Source: Bacteroidales bacterium | GTDB taxonomy: Bacteria; Bacteroidota; Bacteroidia; Bacteroidales; JAAUTT01 | NCBI GenBank assembly: GCA_038213375.1 | Contig: JBBQTB010000013.1 | Coordinates: forward strand, 19,963 to 83,962 | Length of the DNA: 64,000 nt | Reading direction: 5' to 3' | Shown: positions 59,606 to 64,000 of the stretch, in pieces | Numbering within the stretch: the first letter of the stretch is position 1 | How the letters are laid out: each line of letters opens with the position of its first letter | Translations under genes and position numbers: made by a program | The notes under the pieces: generated by a model | Seen by the model: the letters and a program-made list of their open reading frames with translations, nothing else | The model's database searches: none | Told to the model about the DNA's origin: nothing

Positions 59606-61489
59606 ATGATGTCTTCCACTAATTCTGTAAAAATAGCTGTTGCTCAATTAGAAGTTATTGCCGGACATCCGGATATAAATGCAAAAAAGGTTCTTCGGGA
59701 AATTGAAAATGCAAAAGATGCCGGAGACGATATCATCGTTTTCCCTGAAATGTCTGTTCCCGGTTATTTGCTTGGTGATGAGTGGGAAAACACCGCATTT
59801 GTAAATGATTGTTATTCATATAACGATGAAATAAAAAATGCAACTGATAACATTGTGGCTATCTGGGGAAATGTTGATTTGGATGAAACTATGAAAAATG
59901 AAGATGGCAGGATTAGAAAATACAACGCAGCCTTTGTTGCCCAAAACAAAAATTATCAAGGGGCTGGTCGTGTTCATAAAACTTTAATGCCAAAATATCG
60001 TGAATTTGACGATGAACGGCATTTTTATTCAGCCAGAAAAGAAGCTCAAGACAGGTATTTACATATTGAGGAAGTATTTGATCCTTTTGATGTTACTATA
60101 AAAGAAACAAGCCACAAACTTGGAGTTATCCTATGTGAGGACATGTGGAGTGACGATTACACCATAAACCCCATTAATATTCTTTTGAGAAAGGAGGCCG
60201 GATTAATTGTAAACCTTTCATGCTCTCCCTGGACTTGGCGAAAGAATAATAAACGGCATTCTGTAGTGCGAAACAGGATTCAAAACCAACCAGTTTATTT
60301 TATCTATGCCAATAATATCGGGATTCAAAATAATGGTAAAAACATTTTTCTTTTCGATGGCAATTCTACCATTTATAATCCTGATGGCTCACTCCAAAAA
60401 GTAGCAAAAGATTATACTGAAGAAACAATCAGGGCAACCATATTTGGTGAAAAAATAGAGATAATGCCCAATCCCGATGTAAGTGACGAAAGGGATAAGG
60501 AAGAACTGTATAAAGGTCTCGTGTACGGGATTAGGAAATTTTTTGACATTTTTCCAAACCGTCGTGTTGTATTAGGACTAAGTGGTGGAATAGATTCAGC
60601 TTTGAGCGCAGTGTTACTTGCCGAGGCGTTAGGTTCTGAGAATGTTTACGCCATTAATATGCCCTCTCAGTTTAATTCCGAAACTACCAAAAGCGCTGCA
60701 AAAATTCTGGCACAAAATCTTGGCATTCATTACACCACTATACCCATTCAGGCTTCATATGAGAATACAATCATGGATTTGGAATCAGCCATATTTACCC
60801 GATTAGATGGTTCGAATGCAACCACAGAGTTAAAACTTTCAGGTATTAATAAAGAAAATATCCAGGCGAGAGATCGGGGCTCCCGCCTGCTAGCAGGAGT
60901 AGCTTCCATTTTAGGGGCTGTATTTGTAAACAATGGCAATAAAACCGAAACTGCTTTTGGCTATGCGACTCTGTATGGAGATGTGAATGGGGCTCTTGCT
61001 CCCATTGCCGACCTATATAAAATGGAGGTTTATGAATTGGCTGCATTTATAAACAGTAAAAAAAATGTTATACCGGCCACCATCTTTAATATTCCGGCTT
61101 CAGCCGAATTGAGCGCCGATCAGAATATAAACGAAGGAAAAGGTGACCCCATTTATTATCCATACCATGACAAATTGGTGCGTGCATTTGTCGAGTTCCG
61201 CCTCGACCCGGAAGATATCCTTCGCTATTACACCGAAGGTACATTGGGGCAAGTTCTACATTGCGACCAAGCAATTATTGACAATTATTTTAAAGATAAC
61301 GCATCCTTTATCGCCGACCTAGAACACAAGTGGAAACTCTACAAACTTAATTACTTCAAACGTATCCAGGCACCTCCGATTATTGCAGTTAGCAAACGTG
61401 CTTTTGGCTTCGATTTACGCGAATCGCAAAACGGGGTGTATTTTACCAGGGGATATCTACAATTGAAAAACAAAATCTTGCACAAATAA
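59606..61489 (+). CDS. nadE: glutamine-dependent NAD+ synthetase (nitrilase + synthetase domains)
   Basis: 627 aa. The CN-hydrolase triad context is FPEMSVPGY and LCEDMW. The PP-loop is GLSGGIDSA. Confidence 0.9.
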   Translation: MMSSTNSVKIAVAQLEVIAGHPDINAKKVLREIENAKDAGDDIIVFPEMSVPGYLLGDEWENTAFVNDCYSYNDEIKNATDNIVAIWGNVDLDETMKNEDGRIRKYNAAFVAQNKNYQGAGRVHKTLMPKYREFDDERHFYSARKEAQDRYLHIEEVFDPFDVTIKETSHKLGVILCEDMWSDDYTINPINILLRKEAGLIVNLSCSPWTWRKNNKRHSVVRNRIQNQPVYFIYANNIGIQNNGKNIFLFDGNSTIYNPDGSLQKVAKDYTEETIRATIFGEKIEIMPNPDVSDERDKEELYKGLVYGIRKFFDIFPNRRVVLGLSGGIDSALSAVLLAEALGSENVYAINMPSQFNSETTKSAAKILAQNLGIHYTTIPIQASYENTIMDLESAIFTRLDGSNATTELKLSGINKENIQARDRGSRLLAGVASILGAVFVNNGNKTETAFGYATLYGDVNGALAPIADLYKMEVYELAAFINSKKNVIPATIFNIPASAELSADQNINEGKGDPIYYPYHDKLVRAFVEFRLDPEDILRYYTEGTLGQVLHCDQAIIDNYFKDNASFIADLEHKWKLYKLNYFKRIQAPPIIAVSKRAFGFDLRESQNGVYFTRGYLQLKNKILHK

Positions 61490-61796
61490 CTAACAAATGC
61501 TGCCCGCCAAAAACGGGGCAATGCTCCTTACCTCGAATTTGGGTAACGTAAGCCTTTGGGAACTTGATTGTGAGTTGGTTACATATATTTTTGAAATCAC
61601 AGAATCGTGTATCCGTTTTTTCAGCGATAAATTGATACGTGATACCTCCTTTAAACAACCTTAAAAAGTAATGTAAAAAATTACCTGATACCACTTTTAT
61701 TCATTTGTTTGATGTGATAGAAATATCATTTTTCTGTGACTTTTCTGTGACAACTTTAAAAGACCTTTGATGGTACAAACCATTAAATGTAAAATT

Positions 61797-63116
61797 ATGA
61801 ATACAAAAATTATTTTTAGTTCATTGTTGTCATCAAGCCTGATATTGTTTACCCAGTGCGATAAACTGGAGGAGCTAGGTGAAGGGGGTTTTGGAAAGGC
61901 AACTTCAGAAAAATTCAAAATTACCATCGAAAACGTACAAGCCCCAAAGAAGTATTTTGCTTCGGGAATTTTTAACACCCCGATCGGTGCTTCCAAAGCA
62001 GGCCCGGCCACACCAGGGAATAGTTTTGAATTTTCATTTAACGCCGGAAAAGGCCATAAGCTTTCTTTCGTAACCATGTTTGGCCGCTCTAACGACCTGT
62101 TCTTTGCCCCTGATGGTAAAGGTATCGAACTTTACAACGGCGATACACCTCTAAGTGGCGAAATCACGTCGATGATCAAACTTTGGGATTCCGGGACTGA
62201 AGTAAACGAAGCCCCCGGTATGGGAATGTACCAGGCAAATACGCAATCTGCCCCCGACATGGGTCCGGATGAGAGCATTCCTGTTATGGAAATCAGTAAG
62301 GTTAACGATGGCTTTACTTACCCATCGGTGGCAAGCATCATTAAAGTTTCTATATCAAATGATGGAGGCACCATGTTCACAGTTCGGATAGATGATCTTA
62401 CAGGTGCTTTTACCCCAGTTTCTCCTGGTGTTTGGTTAATACACACCTCTGACAATCCCATTTTTGAACCTGGTCAATTGGATCGTGGTTTAGGTCTGAA
62501 GAACATTGCCGAAGATGCCAACCCAACAGCCCTTGGAAAATACTTGGCTGACAATAGTGGCCTGGTGACACCAATTTCCCCAGGGGTTTGGACAATCACG
62601 AAAAAGGGTATGCACCCTATATTTCAAAATAACCAGTTGGATTACGCGGAAGGCCTTAAATTCATTGCCCAAGGTGGCGATCCCACAACACTTGCAGCCT
62701 CTTTAAAAACAAAAAGCGGAATAATTTCAACTGGTGTTTTTAACATGCCGAAAGGAGCTTCTTCCCCTGGGCCATTAATGCCTGGTGAAAAATATGAATT
62801 TACAGTGAAGGCTTCAAAAGGGGATTATTTAAGCTTTGCCAGTATGTTTGGACAATCAAATGATTTGTTCTTTGCACCTTCGGATATGGGCATTCCTCTA
62901 TGGATTGACAAACTTCCGACTTTTGGGGACGTGAGCTCACAAATTTCCGTCTGGGACGATGGAACCGAAGTGGATGAATATCCGGGAGCCGGAAACCATC
63001 AACCTGCACGTGGGCCTGGCGGCATTGTCGAAAGCAAGAACATTGTGGTCGTGAATGATGGGTTTATGTACCCCACCACCAAAAGTTTGATCAAAGTAAC
63101 AGTTACTCCACTTTAA
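61797..63116 (+). CDS. lipoprotein with repeated spondin_N-like modules
   Basis: The start was taken at MNTKIIF with lipobox LFTQC. The segments LSFVTMFGRSNDLFFAP and LSFASMFGQSNDLFFAP are repeated. A tandem pair reads TP[VI]SPGVW.I...PIF..QLD..GLK.IA. Confidence 0.65.
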   Translation: MNTKIIFSSLLSSSLILFTQCDKLEELGEGGFGKATSEKFKITIENVQAPKKYFASGIFNTPIGASKAGPATPGNSFEFSFNAGKGHKLSFVTMFGRSNDLFFAPDGKGIELYNGDTPLSGEITSMIKLWDSGTEVNEAPGMGMYQANTQSAPDMGPDESIPVMEISKVNDGFTYPSVASIIKVSISNDGGTMFTVRIDDLTGAFTPVSPGVWLIHTSDNPIFEPGQLDRGLGLKNIAEDANPTALGKYLADNSGLVTPISPGVWTITKKGMHPIFQNNQLDYAEGLKFIAQGGDPTTLAASLKTKSGIISTGVFNMPKGASSPGPLMPGEKYEFTVKASKGDYLSFASMFGQSNDLFFAPSDMGIPLWIDKLPTFGDVSSQISVWDDGTEVDEYPGAGNHQPARGPGGIVESKNIVVVNDGFMYPTTKSLIKVTVTPL

Positions 63117-63202
63117 AAATTCTTCACTTGGTGCCTGTATAAAAAGTCTGTTTTAAGCGGCAAACCACTTATCTGCCCAAACGACTTATTATCATCAATT
63201 CG

Positions 63203-63238
63203 AAATATAAGCGTAGTTAGAAGGCTACGCTTATATTT
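63203..63238 (+). terminator. intrinsic terminator after spondin-like gene
   Basis: Perfect 14-bp stem AAATATAAGCGTAG / CTACGCTTATATTT with loop TTAGAAGG and a T-rich tail. Confidence 0.7.
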
Positions 63239-63592
63239 TAAACTTTATCTACAGCAACAGGGATTGGTGGTTAAATCACCACAATGGACACAAGACTTTT
63301 GATAAAAGTTCAAAAGACGTAACCAATCTACTATCCGGTGTTTTCTTTAAAAATCATACCTTTCTGAAATATAATTCTATCTCGGTTATGGATCAGAATT
63401 TTGATTCACATTAATATTAATGTATTTATGATCATTTTGGGGTTTTTAACTGTTTAGATAATCGTCGAGGTACTTTAAAAATAGCACCAAGGAAGTTTGC
63501 TCAACATTAATCTAATTCACTCCCACAACCAGCGTCCTTGTGAAGTATATCATCAATTTTTTTGAAAGTCTGTTCGAACTTTATCTATTATA

Positions 63593-63919
63593 CTATTTTA
63601 TTAAAAGTCTCAAAAATAACATTTCTGAGTTATCATTTAGTTGCAAGTCTTTTAAATGCACTAACCTATCTTCGAAGTAGGATGAGGGAAGAAAGGAAGT
63701 GTATGGAAGCGTATGGATGAATTGGGGCATGTTTGTCAAACTTTTGCTTTTTGGGTTGGCACATTTTCTTTTTTCTTTTTCAATCAAGCTGTAAGGTATC
63801 ACCGGAGAATTTTTTCTTCGGCTTGTTGCCAATAAAGGCAGTATCCATAAAAGAAATGCGAGTGCCGTCGCTAGTCGTATGAGAAAAGCTGATGAACCCG
63901 CTCTTGTAAAGGAATCCAT
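63593..63919 (-). CDS. hypothetical small protein with N-terminal hydrophobic segment
   Basis: A 108-aa ORF only. No motif was recognised and the composition is partly low-complexity. Confidence 0.25.
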   Translation of the reverse strand: MDSFTRAGSSAFLIRLATALAFLLWILPLLATSRRKNSPVIPYSLIEKEKRKCANPKSKSLTNMPQFIHTLPYTSFLPSSYFEDRLVHLKDLQLNDNSEMLFLRLLIK

Positions 63920-64000
63920 TCAATTAGTCCCTAATTGTAATGTTAAATTGTGATTGAATTTTTCAACTGCAGTTATTAACGCTCGTTATGTTTCTCTTGA

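Noticed and set aside
61443-61694. An 83-aa minus-strand ORF overlapping the 3' end of nadE.
   Set aside because: It overlaps nadE coding sequence and the post-nadE hairpin region, and it has no motif. It may at most be a fragment.
63454-63512. The minus-strand translation INVEQTSLVLFLKYLDDYLNS resembles the N-terminal LFLK motif of type I R-M HsdM methyltransferases.
   Set aside because: It is only ~20 residues long, is followed immediately by a stop, and has no continuation in any frame. This is insufficient to call even a pseudogene.
1-64000. Search for CRISPR arrays, rRNA genes, IS elements with terminal inverted repeats, integrases or transposases.
   Set aside because: No regularly spaced direct repeats, no rRNA-like sequence and no transposase or integrase ORFs were seen by eye. 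Only gene remnants at 25.5-25.9 kb hint at past mobile DNA.

Overview
AT-rich chromosomal segment, most likely from a Bacteroidota genome. This is inferred from TAnnTTTG-type -7 promoter boxes, an N-acyl-ornithine carbamoyltransferase arginine cluster, TonB/ExbBD genes and an NrtR regulon. nt 1-11904 (+ strand) is the distal end of an extracellular contractile injection system (eCIS, Afp/PVC-like) locus. It holds the C-terminus of a cysteine-rich protein, a tape-measure-like gene, two very large DUF4157 (HExxH) cargo proteins, a small helical protein and the eCIS-type AAA+ ATPase. One cargo protein carries a C-terminal deaminase-like signature and the other a PD-(D/E)xK-like signature. The rest is mostly housekeeping: chrA, dnaE, mpl-like ligase, tRNA-Glu, topB, a TonB-dependent receptor, ferredoxin, argG-proB-proA-argF'-argE-argH, exbBD, carB and arsR-arsC-arsM. 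It is interrupted by decayed genes: a DUF302 gene with three in-frame stops, and deoC and DUF4143-ATPase remnants. The second notable locus is a tightly packed + strand operon at 53.7-61.5 kb, nrtR-pncB-pncA-[vWA-PP2C-Ser/Thr kinase]-nadE, preceded by two perfect TGCGTAA-N3-TTACGCA palindromes. This places a TerY-P-type phospho-signalling triad inside an NrtR-type NAD salvage operon. A divergent pair of a NUDT9-like Nudix gene and an atypical Prs-like gene, with an aldehyde dehydrogenase lacking the usual general-base Glu motif, is a third candidate. No CRISPR array, rRNA or intact mobile element was seen. All assignments come from reading motifs in the supplied translations and have not been checked against any database.
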